From assembly GCF_052425735.1 (NCBI RefSeq), contig NC_135769.1, positions 29,574,001-29,638,000 on the forward strand: 64,000 nt of DNA. The letters are read 5' to 3'. The stretch's first letter is position 1; the number at the start of each line of letters is the position of its first letter. The DNA is from Oculina patagonica (lineage: Eukaryota). The translations under genes were made by a program, and so were the position numbers. Positions 37,001 through 49,000 of this stretch are shown here, piece after piece. The notes under the pieces are model-generated. The model ran no database searches. It had not been told where the DNA came from and was given only the letters and a program-made list of their open reading frames with translations.

Positions 37001-40000
37001 ATTCTTTGGAAGTTTAATATTCATATAAACATTCTTAATCGAAACAAAGACTACGGTGAGAAATGAAATCGTAAAAGCTATGCGAATTAACACAACATAT
37101 TTGAACCACCGTCTTGTTTTGATTTTCTTTGGTTTATCTTGGATAGTGTAATTCTGAACTAACAGTCTCATGTAGCTACCGAAAACAAAACTCACAATTC
37201 GTAGCATATGTCAAGAAAGGTGTGTTTCTTTTCGTAATGACCTCGAAAAATACCATCTAATAGACTAAATATTTTTCCCCTTTCGCAGTTTCTTTAAAGG
37301 AACTCAACTGTGTCACGGACTTAAGCCAAATTTAGGCATCGGAAATGACCATAAAATTGGGTGAAATATAAATATATAATCCTAAAACAGTGAAGGAACA
37401 TTTCAATAATACAGCAAATACAAAAGAAGTTGCGGATGGCTTAAAGTGACGAAGATTAAAACGGATTGCAATTTGGGTTTTTGATTGAATATTGTTGGGC
37501 TGAACAATTTTCAAAGTAAGTCTCGTTTGTTTGTAACTTTAAATTATAACATTTGGAGACACATTTGGATGCAATAAAACTGTAGTTTTGTCATTTCGAT
37601 GCATAGAAGTAATTTCTTTGAAAACATTAAGGTTTATAGTAGGTATTTGGCGAAACTTAAAAAAATAAACTTACGAGCGCGAGCGTTTTATGAAAGTGTT
37701 TTAGGAACACCTGCTGTTTTAGAAAGTGTTTTAGGAAAAATCTTCCACCATTTCGGTTTGTTTGTTTGTGTCATAGAAAGCAACTGCTAATATGCGCAGT
37801 TTACAATAATCGTTTGAAGCTAGAATTGTACTTCCCGCTACAGATATGCAAACAAACTCTTGATGGAAAATTTTCAAACGCAACGCCAACGCGAAAAGTT
37901 ATTTTCTCGGCAAATGTCCTAAGACTACTCGTTGAAATGAACACAAAGGAGAGGAAATGGATACTTTTTAAGCTCAGACACATTATTATAAAGAATATAC
38001 CTTTTATAAGCATCATGAAAATTCTATTGATCCCTTATCCTCATCTGCGTATTCCTTGCTCAAAAAGAGTTACCGCACTAATGCAAGTTCAAGAACCATA
38101 TTTTCTACAAGTACCTCCGTCGCTTCAGGATTTGAAACGGAAAAGGTAAACAAACGGAGCACGTACTTTAAAGTATCCAATGAGAAATCAATACTCATAT
38201 ACCTATTGTCCCATTAAAAATCAGAAGAAATAAAGTACTGTTTTCTGTTTTTATAACCCAACTACAGCGCACATCTTCTCTTTTTACATGCGTTGTAACA
38301 AAATTGTCAACGGAAAATGACAAACGTTTCTGTGCCTTCATCCACAAATTCGTCTGACCCAGATATACAAGAATGTCAATACTTGCAAGGCTTTGTCTGG
38401 CAAAAGATGTACCTGACAGAACACAGGCACAGAAGTCTAATTGCTTTAATTTGTGTTAATTCCCTGGCAATCATTCCCACCATTCTGTTGAACGCGTTGG
38501 TCATCTTTGTCGTGTCAACGAGACGCCGGCTGCAGACCAATTCGAACATCCTTCTGGCGTGTTTGGCAGGAACAGATTTGCTGGTTGGGCTGATCGTTCA
38601 ACCCATTGGTATCGCAGGAATAGTTAAGCGAGCATTCGGTATCGAGCCATTTTGTACTGTGGAAACGGCTTGGAGCATAGCCCTTTCTGCATCCATGTCT
38701 GCTTCGTTGAGTCATCTCTTGTTGATCAGTATTGATCGCTATATCGCTATAAAGGATTCTTTGAGATACCTGGAAATTGTCACAAAACAACGGATAAAAA
38801 AGGGTGTACTAGTGGCTTGGGCCATAACTGTGTATTTTGCAGGTCAGGAAATCATCTTGGTAGTAATAGAAAGTGGAACTGAAATGTACTCAGTATTTTG
38901 GACGTTGACTGGTGTAATATCTGTCATTCTCGGCTTAGGTTTTATTGCTGGTATATGCTACTGTTATCTGTACATTTTCTCAGAAACACGGCGACAGAAC
39001 AAACGTCTCCAAACCGAACAGTTGCCTCAAGAAGAAGCTAAAAGGATAAAAAAGGACAACAAAGCAGCCAACACCCTAGCTTTAATTTTGGGTGCGTTAA
39101 TAGTGACATTCTTGCCTGCAATGATACTTATTCTTGTAGTGGCCATTTTTTCGAATGACACATTTAACCCAAGCGTTTCAGCGTTTTTTTACAGTTGGTC
39201 CTCGAGTTCCATTTTGTTGGGTTCTTTTGTTAACCCTATTATTTACTGCTGGCGAAATAAAAAGCTTCGACGCGCTTTTCTTGAGATTTGTCATGTAAGA
39301 CAGCCAGAAAATAGAGCACCTGACATTGAGATGATAGAAATACAACGCCATCGACCTGAAATTCAGCCTTCCACTTGTGAGGCTTTTTCAAAGGCTGTAG
39401 GCAACCAAGAACCAGTTTTAATGTCATTCAGACATCTTAAAGCCGAAGAAGGTGTTCATATCCAGGAAGGGGACAACTAAATCTTGTAAAAAGTACAATT
39501 TAATTGTCGAACTTGAATGTTTAATATTTCAACCTTTTAATGTAAATATGGGGAATGGGGAATTAAATGTTTGTTTTGAAGATGATACAAATAAATATAT
39601 CTAGATTCGTAGAATTGCGTTTTGTTTTGTTTTGATGATTTTTTTCTAATGTTAAACTTGATTTAAGTTTACCAAAAAGAAGTAAAAAAATGTTTCCCAG
39701 GTTAAATAAATGGGAAAGGACTGATGAAGGTTTATAACGTGTTTGAAATCATAAAATGCTGTAGATCGTGGGGAAATTATAGGATTCGGATATAGATAGT
39801 GGAAGGGATGTGAGGAACAGGTGTTTCTGTGTGGAAACAAGAAAATGCGTGGGCAACTACGGTGAAAAGTATTTCTAGTGACGTATTTGTAGTGAAAAGT
39901 ATTTCGAGATTCGTAGAATTGCATTTTGTTTTGTTGTGGTGGTGTTTTTCTAATGTTTAGCATGATTTCATTTTACCAAAAAGTGCTAAAAAAATGTTCC

Positions 40001-43000
40001 CCGGGGCTGGTAAAGGTTTATAACGTGTGTGAAATAAACTGCGGTAGATTGCGGTGAAATTATATAAGCATTCGGATATAAATGGTGGAAGGGATGTCAG
40101 GACAGGTGTTTGCGTGTGGAAACAAGAAATCGCGGGGGAAACTTTATCTTTCAACAGAAACAATAAAGTTATTGCTTTATTGTTTTCATAGGAAATTGAC
40201 TGTTAATGGTGCGAACCTCACAAAACTTTTGGCAAAAACTCACAGTTTCTCAAAACCCCTTTTAAATATACAATTGAAAATATTGTTTCCTGCTCCGGAT
40301 ACATAGTTAAAAGGGTTCAAAATGTTTTCACCGGAGCGCAAATAATTTAAAGAAATTTTCCATTCATCCAGACTCTCGTCACTGAGGTGGTGTAAGATGA
40401 TGTTAGAAGACATTTCACTGCCTCGGGGGAATTCCTAATTGAGCTAATTCAACCTTTCCTTTACAGGTTTTTTTGAGTTTTATCTCAATGGCCTCTCACC
40501 CGGCGTTTAACTTTGTTACTTAATTTTCACCCGGCGTTTAAACTTTGTTACTAAACTTTGTTTACAAGAAGTCAAAACAGTAAACTTTGACATAGGGAAA
40601 TGAATAAAAAGTATTTTGATACTTTGAATGAAAACAAAGAATACCACATTTTTTGCAATTGTAACCTCCGTTGCTAAGGAACTAAAAATAAAACTATTGC
40701 CATATGTGATCGTTATGGCGCAGTTTGGCAAAAATCGAAGATTGCCTTCCGCGAATGTAATTTTTAAAAACTGCGTCCCGAGAATAAAAACCGCATCGAG
40801 ACTTCTTTTAAAATTTAAACGAGAAAATCAGAATAAAAAATCTGTCAAATGTTTCTATAGAATGTTAGCATCTTTGACAAAAAATTGAATGCTTTGGAGT
40901 TTCAATTTTATGTAAACATTCTAAATCGAAACTCAAACTACGGTGAAAATAGGGAAATCATAAAAACTATGTGAATTAACCTAACTTGTAGCCGGTGAAT
41001 ACAGCCGCCTCTCATTCGCTCCCGCTACTACGTGCGAAACGCGAAGAGAGAGATATTCCGGAGATATTTAAGAGGCTGTATTCGCAGGCTACCTAACTTG
41101 TCAAAACCACCGTCTTAATTCTGATTATCTTTGGTTTATTTTGGATAGTGTAATTCTGAACTATCTGAACTAGCTACAGAAAACAAAACTTACAATTAGT
41201 AGCGTATGCAAAGAAAGGTGTCTTCCTTTTCGTAATAACCTTGAAAAATACTATCGCATAGACTAAATAATTTTTTCCCTCTTTCGCAATTTCGTAATTG
41301 CCATTTTGTAATTATCCCAGTGTCGCGAGCGCGACTAAGCCGTCAATTGACGCAACTTGTAAATCACTTCAACCAAAATTGGAAGATAACACAGGATTTA
41401 AACATTATAATTTTAATTCTACGTCAATTCCTTCTACAATTTTTGAAGACGAAGATTTTATTTTTGTCCTAAGTTTTGAGCAGTTTGAGTCTTTCTGCAT
41501 AATACTTACAGTAATATATCTTTTGTATTATTATTTCTTAAGGCATTTGCACAGGAAAATGGTTTTGTTGGAGACTTGAAGCATTGGGACATACCATTCT
41601 GGTCCCAAAAACAGAGGGAGCATTTGTTCAGGTTAGAAAAAGGCTTTACAAAACAAGTTGACAGTTATGACTTTGTCGCGTAATTGTAGCAACGTTTTAC
41701 ATAAGTTTTAAAATTTTGTTTCAGTTTTACCGATGAGGATTTGAGGCCATATTTTCCATTACCAAGGTTAGGATTAAATTATGTTAGGTGCAATTGTTTC
41801 CAATCGACTATTGTGTGTTTAAAAACCTGGGTAGCTGTGCGAAAGAACTGTTAAGGCCCGTTTACACAGGCGATTTTTGTCGCACAACTCAATGCAATTT
41901 TTGTCGCGCCGAAGTTGCACGAATGATAAAAATTGCCATGAAATTGCCGCGAGTTTGCATACGTGTAAATAATTAGCGGCGATAAAGCCGCAATTAGCCG
42001 CGAGTCGCAGGAGTTTCGAACCTGTTCAAAACTTGATGCAACTTCAAGTTCTAAAAAGCGAGCAGTCACGCTGCTTGTTAAGCGAAAGCAAACAAGCATT
42101 GCTGAAGGGAGTAAATAAATAAACTTGCTTACAAAAATAATGTTGGTGATTAAATACCCAGCTGATGGTTGCTTTTCTTATTTTACAGGGTTCTTAATGG
42201 AATGTTTAAACTGTCATCTGAATTGTTTGGTATATCCATTCAGGTTTGCGTCTAAGCATTTTGTATCGCTGCTGCTGTTGTTGTTGCTTACAAACTGTTG
42301 CATGAATGCCTCTTGTTATTGGCTCTATCAATACCTGCGTTTGTTTTGCTTTATAATTGATTGAGGCAAAAAAGAGAAAAATACTCTTGCATGGTACTGA
42401 ATAAAAAGTGAGTCAGGGTAGATTTTTGTTTTCTCGAGCAATCGCGTGAAAAAACAGTCGTAAGTTTGCATACTTATTTTTAAGGCCTGTTTTCGGGGCA
42501 CTGACATTTCACTGAAAATTTTAGCCAGCAGATGGCGAGGCAGACGTTTGGCACCCGGACGTAAGATTTTTCAACATCGTGAATGAAGACGGTAAGTAAA
42601 AAAAGATTACTTGTTAAAATGAGATCCCCTTCAATATAGCACCAATGTTAAAGACGAAGCACCACGCTAACACTTATGTGACCTTATGTAGTCGTGATAT
42701 CTCAGTCTGCAAATCTACTGATCAAGTACTGCAGTCACTGTTTTCAATTATAACAAATTGTTATCAAAGTATTTTTGTCATTAATTTCTTCCCACATTTT
42801 TTTTAATTGTTTTCTCTTTAACTTCTTCAGGGCATCATATAGCGTCGTTTTACTTGGATCCATATTCCCGCCCGGCCGAAAAGCGCGGGGGAGCCTGGAT
42901 GGACCAATGTCTAGGTAATTCCTTGCACCACTTCGATCGGTTTTTTTGTTATCATTATTTAGCTGTGTTGACAAAAATGGCTGTGTTTTGATCTTTTCTA

Positions 43001-46000
43001 AGAGTGAAGACCTTAAAAGAAAAGAAAAAGTCGATTAGTTGCCCATTTTCGATAAGAATGATCTATTTGTTGTTTTCTGAACACAGACAAAAGTGAAGTT
43101 CTCAACAGAAAGCCTGTAGCTTACCTGGTTTGTAACCAGTCCCCTCCCGGCGCAGATGGGACGCCTTCTCTTATGACGTTCAGAGATGTAGAGACACTTT
43201 TTCATGAGGTAACAATTTAGTATCAATTTTTATAGTTATTTTTTTAAGGCACTGATTGTTTTTAAACCGTTCTAACTATAGTACCGGCCAACTGAATGTG
43301 AGTTGACAGTTTCGTGTTCGAGCGTTTTGAGAATGGTGTGTCTAAAAAAATCGTTAAATCGGCAATTCCTCTGTTATGCGTGGGCGATGCGGGTTTTGAG
43401 AGAGTTAATTATGCCTAGAACTCCCACTAGAAGAAAGAACATAAACAATAAAATGGCTACGTACATACCCATTTGTTGCTGCGAGTTTTCTTATAAAATT
43501 TCGGGCTTATAGAAAAGAGAAGTCTCACCCACTACCTTTGAAATTTTGCAGTAACTGTATTCAGCTAAACTTCAGCAACACTGGTAAACGCTTCAGACGT
43601 TTATTATCTTTGTTTGATTTCCACCCTGTTGAAAAAAGGTTATCAGTGAATAAGTGTATTTAAAGTTATTTGGTTTTCCTTTTGCTCTCGATAATGAATT
43701 AATATTTAACTTGGGAATAAGATGTTGTTAAGATCTTGCCAAGTTTACTCAACAGGTAGTTCTCATTTGTTTTGTTTTTATTCTCAGCTAACACTGTAAA
43801 AAAATAACCGTTAAAACTGAATTGACAACAATAACCTTATTTTTCCGTTTTTTTCCCCTTAGTTTGGCCACGGTCTTCAACACATGTTAACAACAGTGCC
43901 TTACTCAGACGCGGCTGGAATAAAAAATGTTGAGTGGGACGCAGTAAGTTCTGTCGCTTGTTTGTTAACTTTTCGCACGAATTGTACTCCAGGTTTACTG
44001 AGGCACTTGAAGCAGTATAGAATCGAAGGCCCGAGGCAATAAAACGCGTTATTGAAACAGATGGTCTTAGGAGTGTCCCAGACTTGATATCCGGAGGTTT
44101 AGAGTTAGAGCTCCGACTTGGGTCACTGTGTTGTGTTCTTGGTTAAGGGAATAAGAATACAGTTCTTCTCTCTTTCCAGGTGTATTTACGACCAGTGTTT
44201 CATAAACGGACAATAGCAATGCTCGTAGTCGCATCATGCTACAATTAACGACATTCTTAGAGCGCCCCTACTCCCCTACTGGATCCTAGATCGCAATGTG
44301 ATCGTATTTCGATCGTATTCTTGATTTCCGCTGTCGTAATTTGATCGTATTTAAATTTGGGACTACTTTACGAACGCTTTACGATCGCTTTACGATCGCT
44401 TTACGATCGCTTTACGAGCTAAAAGCGATCTAGGTTCCAGTAGTGCTCATGAACCGTAATCTCCTTCGACCACATGGATGAGAACAATCTAAAACCGTCT
44501 CGAAGCATTTCGCGTGTTTTTCTATCATTTCGTACCATTATTTAAGCATTTTATTATATCGGATTGCGAGATTGTCTAATTGGCGTGCGTCGTGCGTCGT
44601 GGGTCGTGGGTCGTGGGTCGTGGGTCGTGGGTCGTGCGTGTATAAGCCGATTTACCAGCTATCTCTGGATTTTAAATTTACCGAAAAATGTGCGACGCTT
44701 AACAAGGCCGAAAATTTCAACCCACTCATTCAAAGACCTCGGATGGAGGTGTTACAATATACGTTGCATGAGACTACCGCTAGAACTTCCCCTCTCCTTC
44801 CCCTTTTGAACGCCGGCCACGCAGTTAGCCACGCAGGCTACTAGTTCGCAGAAAAACTGAAAAATCTTAAATAAACAAGAACACCCTTAAAACGATTGCA
44901 TCGACAAGGACAAGTTCCTTCAGTTTGGCTGATAAGCCGATCAGCTACTTCTATTTCCAATTCTGCCATTTCATCTGTGTAAAATCGGAATTTTAATCAG
45001 GGACCAGTGTGTGGATCAGTGGCAAACTAGTGTCTAAATATTTCCACTGCGTTTCTTGTTTCTTGGTTTCGCAGGATATATGCAAAAATAATATGAACAT
45101 TTTTATTGCGAAGAAGAGCCACCTAGTGGAAGATCACACTGTAAATTCCCATTTACTTATTTATTTTTTATTTTTTATTTTTAAAATAATGGTCTAAAAT
45201 ATAACTTTAGTCAGTTCAACAAAATGAAACGTTCATTTCGCTACAGTGCTTGACATTGCAAGTTTTGATTTCCCTTTAATCTCTTTAAACGCAACCTTCG
45301 ATAGTGCATCTGGTGCCTCAAGCTTCAATTGATAACGTAAGGTCAAATCTCGACGCACCCTTGCCGCATTCAAACGTCTTTATAGGCAGCTTTTCTTCCT
45401 ATTTTGGGGAATTTCGTTCATATCGATGTGTTAGTATGAGCAAAAAATAGCTGCTGAGTGTAAATAAACATATTTCCTGTTGCGTTGATGGAAAAGCTTC
45501 TCAATAAGCACAATTTTTAATTGTACAACATACAACAGTCTTTTAAACTTTTTAAACTTTGACCTAAAACAAACGTCACGATAACTTAGTCACGCGAGAG
45601 TCACGCTTTCCTGAACATTCCCGTTTTCCCAGGTATAAGAGTGTTTTTACTTTTTAATGTTTTACATCTGAACCAAAGTGCTTTGAAAAAATGGCGCAGA
45701 AAAGTCCACATATCACCATTTTCAAGCATTTTTTTAATAAAGCACCAAAAAGCTTCGTAAATTGTCACGATACCGGTATGTATGAAACTTTAAATTGTGA
45801 AAATCAAAACCTTATCTTTGAAGTACTTGTCTTGTTTTTGGCATATTTCTGTCGTTTGACCGCGGTCGACAAACCTGCAAGTTCGGATTCTGAAACAGCA
45901 ACATCGGTTTGGCCTTGTGAAACAAATCTCTAGTACTTAAAACCGGCGTACAATTATTAAGTCATTTCAAGAATATAAATAGTTCCTTTCGCTATAGTCC

Positions 46001-49000
46001 CAGACAGTGCAAGTTTTGAAAATGCTTTCGCAAATGCTTTCAGCAAACATGTACATTTCACCTATTTTTAACCAATCATACTTGAGCGTTCCCACGCCAC
46101 TAATTGGATCACTGGAAAGTAGCGATCAACGGAAAAGAAACTCTTTTTTTTTCAATTAGAGGAATAAAATGTTGGCCATGCACAGGAAAAAAATCCATTA
46201 GGTGTTTTGTAGAAATCCCTTAAAGTTATAAGGAGACTTGAGAAGTTGTAACTTTTTCACTTGAAATGACCAAGAAAAGCCACGAATCTTAACAAATTAT
46301 AAAATATATTGGCTAGCGTGACTTCCCTGATAAAATTGGAAAAACAAACAAATGAATAACATGATCATTTAATCGATATGGAATGAAGAACCACCAAGCT
46401 ACCTACATGAAATCGTTCAATAAATTGGTTGTTACCAAAACGTTGCCGATCAGAAAATTCTCAGTCGGCAAACAGCCTGCACGCCAAGGTCAAGCAAATA
46501 CTTGCAATTTTCGGCCCACTTCCGTAAAACTGTCCGGCAGACATGAAGGGAAAAAAGCGAAACGGTGAGCCCGACATGAAAGAAAAACATGTTTTTGTTA
46601 ATAAGAAAAACGGTATACAAAAATAACAAATCGGTGAGAATGCTCCTTTGCATCGGGGACGAACTTGCCTTGACCCAAAGAGTATAGCTAACTGTCGTGG
46701 GTCGTGGGTCGTGGGTGGAAGTCGTGGGTCGTGGGTGTGGGTAAAGTCGTGGGAGTCGTGGGTAACAAAAGAGTATAGCTAACTGTCATACAAAATACTG
46801 AACAAACATTTGTGAGGAAATAGTTCGTGTACGGCTAGTCTGGCGCAGAGTTTCGACCCGGCTCAGAGGTCTTTCTGCTTAGCAAACTTGTTGGGGTGTC
46901 TGTAATACCAGGAACACACTGGAACACCGAAAATGTTTAAACACAGATAAAAAAAAATGATTTGAATAAATTAAAATAAACGTTAAACTGGATTAAAACT
47001 GAAGATTTTGGATGATATCAACGAAAAATTCCGTAGTCGTCCGAAAACTTCCAAGACTTACCCGAACATAACCCAACATTTTGAGAAAGCTGCCGAACAT
47101 TTCCGAAGTTCCGTGACGTCGGTTTTCATTCCAGAGACGGGAAGAACATGGGCAAACATTTTGTATTTTGTCTGGATACAAATGTCTCTATCATAAAGAC
47201 GGGTACAGGATTCGTTACCCGTCTAGATGAGTTACCTTTCGTAATGCGTCACTCAGAACGCAGTACATATTTTAACCTAGTCCTCAGCCCGTAGCCCGCG
47301 TTTCACTCCTGAGTCCGTGAGGTGAAAAACAAACAAACAAACTAAACACTTAATTCAAATAGTAGCAATATACTAGCCTGTGTACAGCTGTCCCCTTCCT
47401 TGTTCCCGATTTTTTTAGGGGAGGGGGGGGGGGTTGTATGCAGGCTACAATATACATGCTCGTTATAAAAATAAGCACAAGAATCTAGAAAAAAGGGGGA
47501 ACAGAATTCTATGCAATTCGCCAGGTGTCGATTTAAAAAGAAAGCTCTCACAAAATCTCTCACTCAACTCTAACAATTCCAAGTGTGTTATGGTTTGTAG
47601 TAAAAATGTTGGCTGCAACATTTCCGCGTCCGAATCAAACATTTTGTCGCATTGGCCAACAGGCGAAGCCATTGTATCTACTTTTAAATATTAAAGCGCC
47701 TTTTTGTAACCGCAAACGCGACCATTAAAATTTCCCACGGTAAAAATGTCGTTCAGTCTGTAATGCACAATGTCACGCAATATTTTTAAGTCGCGGTTCT
47801 TGTGGGGTGGGGGGGGGGGGGGGGGGGATGGCGAGGACGAAATCCTAATCGCAACGCAGAATATAAAATAAAAATTCCTATAAATTTTTAAATTTAATTG
47901 AACTGTTTTGTTGATATGTGTTTAAACATTTTCGGTGTTCCAGGGGTGTTTCGTGGTGTTCCTGTCCTGGTTTTACAGACACCCCAACAAGTTTGTTGAA
48001 CAGAAAAGCTTCTAGAGGGTCCCTTGGCTGGGTCGAAACTCTTCGTCAGACTAGCCATGCACGAACTATTTTCCTACAAATGTTTGTTATCCTCTCTTGA
48101 TTTTTTTATGTTTTTTTTTACCCACGACTTTTACCCACACCCACGACTTAACCCACACCCACGACCCACGACTTCCACCCACGACCCACGACCCACGACA
48201 GTTAGCTATACTCTGACCCAAAACGCACGACCGACCCACGACCCACGACCCACGACCCACGACCCACGACCCACGACCCACGACCCACGACCCACCCACC
48301 CACGCCATTTAGTCTGACCGTCGGATTGCACGTGACAAAAGCACTGAAAGGTAGCGAGACCAAAAGCTGACAAAATGTTTACAGTCTTGAGTTTTTCCTG
48401 ATTGTCATTACAGGTAGAGCTTCCATCACAGTTTATGGAGAACTGGCTCTATGATGAAACCACGATGAATTTGGTCAGCGGCCACTACCGTACAAACGAG
48501 ACTCTCCCGGATGAGCTTTTCCAACAAGTTTGCAAAGGTAGTTTAGATTCAAAGATGTCTTATCATCAGAGTTTTGTTATAATATGCAATACAGTGTAGG
48601 TATGTTGTTATGTTGTTTAAAGCTTTCTAAATAAGGCCTCAATCGCGAAAATAAACCTTCTTATAAAATAGAACATTATTTAATGAAACGTTCATGTTTT
48701 TCGAAGGCATTTTGTTGAAGTACAGTGATATTGCTAATAAACGGTGTTGATGTTTTTGTTTTGTTTTGTTTTATAGCTCGTAGATTCATGGCTGGCTCAC
48801 AGATGTTACGTCAGTTGTACTTCAGTGCACTTGACATGGAACTCCACACGAGGTATGGACTTCCAAAAACGTTTAACATGAGGGGAAGTCGCGGTGGCCT
48901 TGAGGTTATCTCGCTGGTATTTCAGATCAAGAGGTTCGGTTTTAAACCCTGGTCGGTGTTACTGTGTTGTGTTCTTGGGGCAAGACACTTGACTCTCACT

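Noticed and set aside
35404-38149. ORFs 35404-35715 and 37766-38149 as a paralogous small-protein pair
   Set aside because: They have non-ATG starts and no recognisable domain; the similarity simply reflects the recent DNA duplication.
31943-38317. In-frame peptidase-GPCR fusion by splicing exon 8 to the acceptor at 38267
   Set aside because: The acceptor is 49 nt before the GPCR ATG, so a phase-0 join is out of frame and soon terminates.
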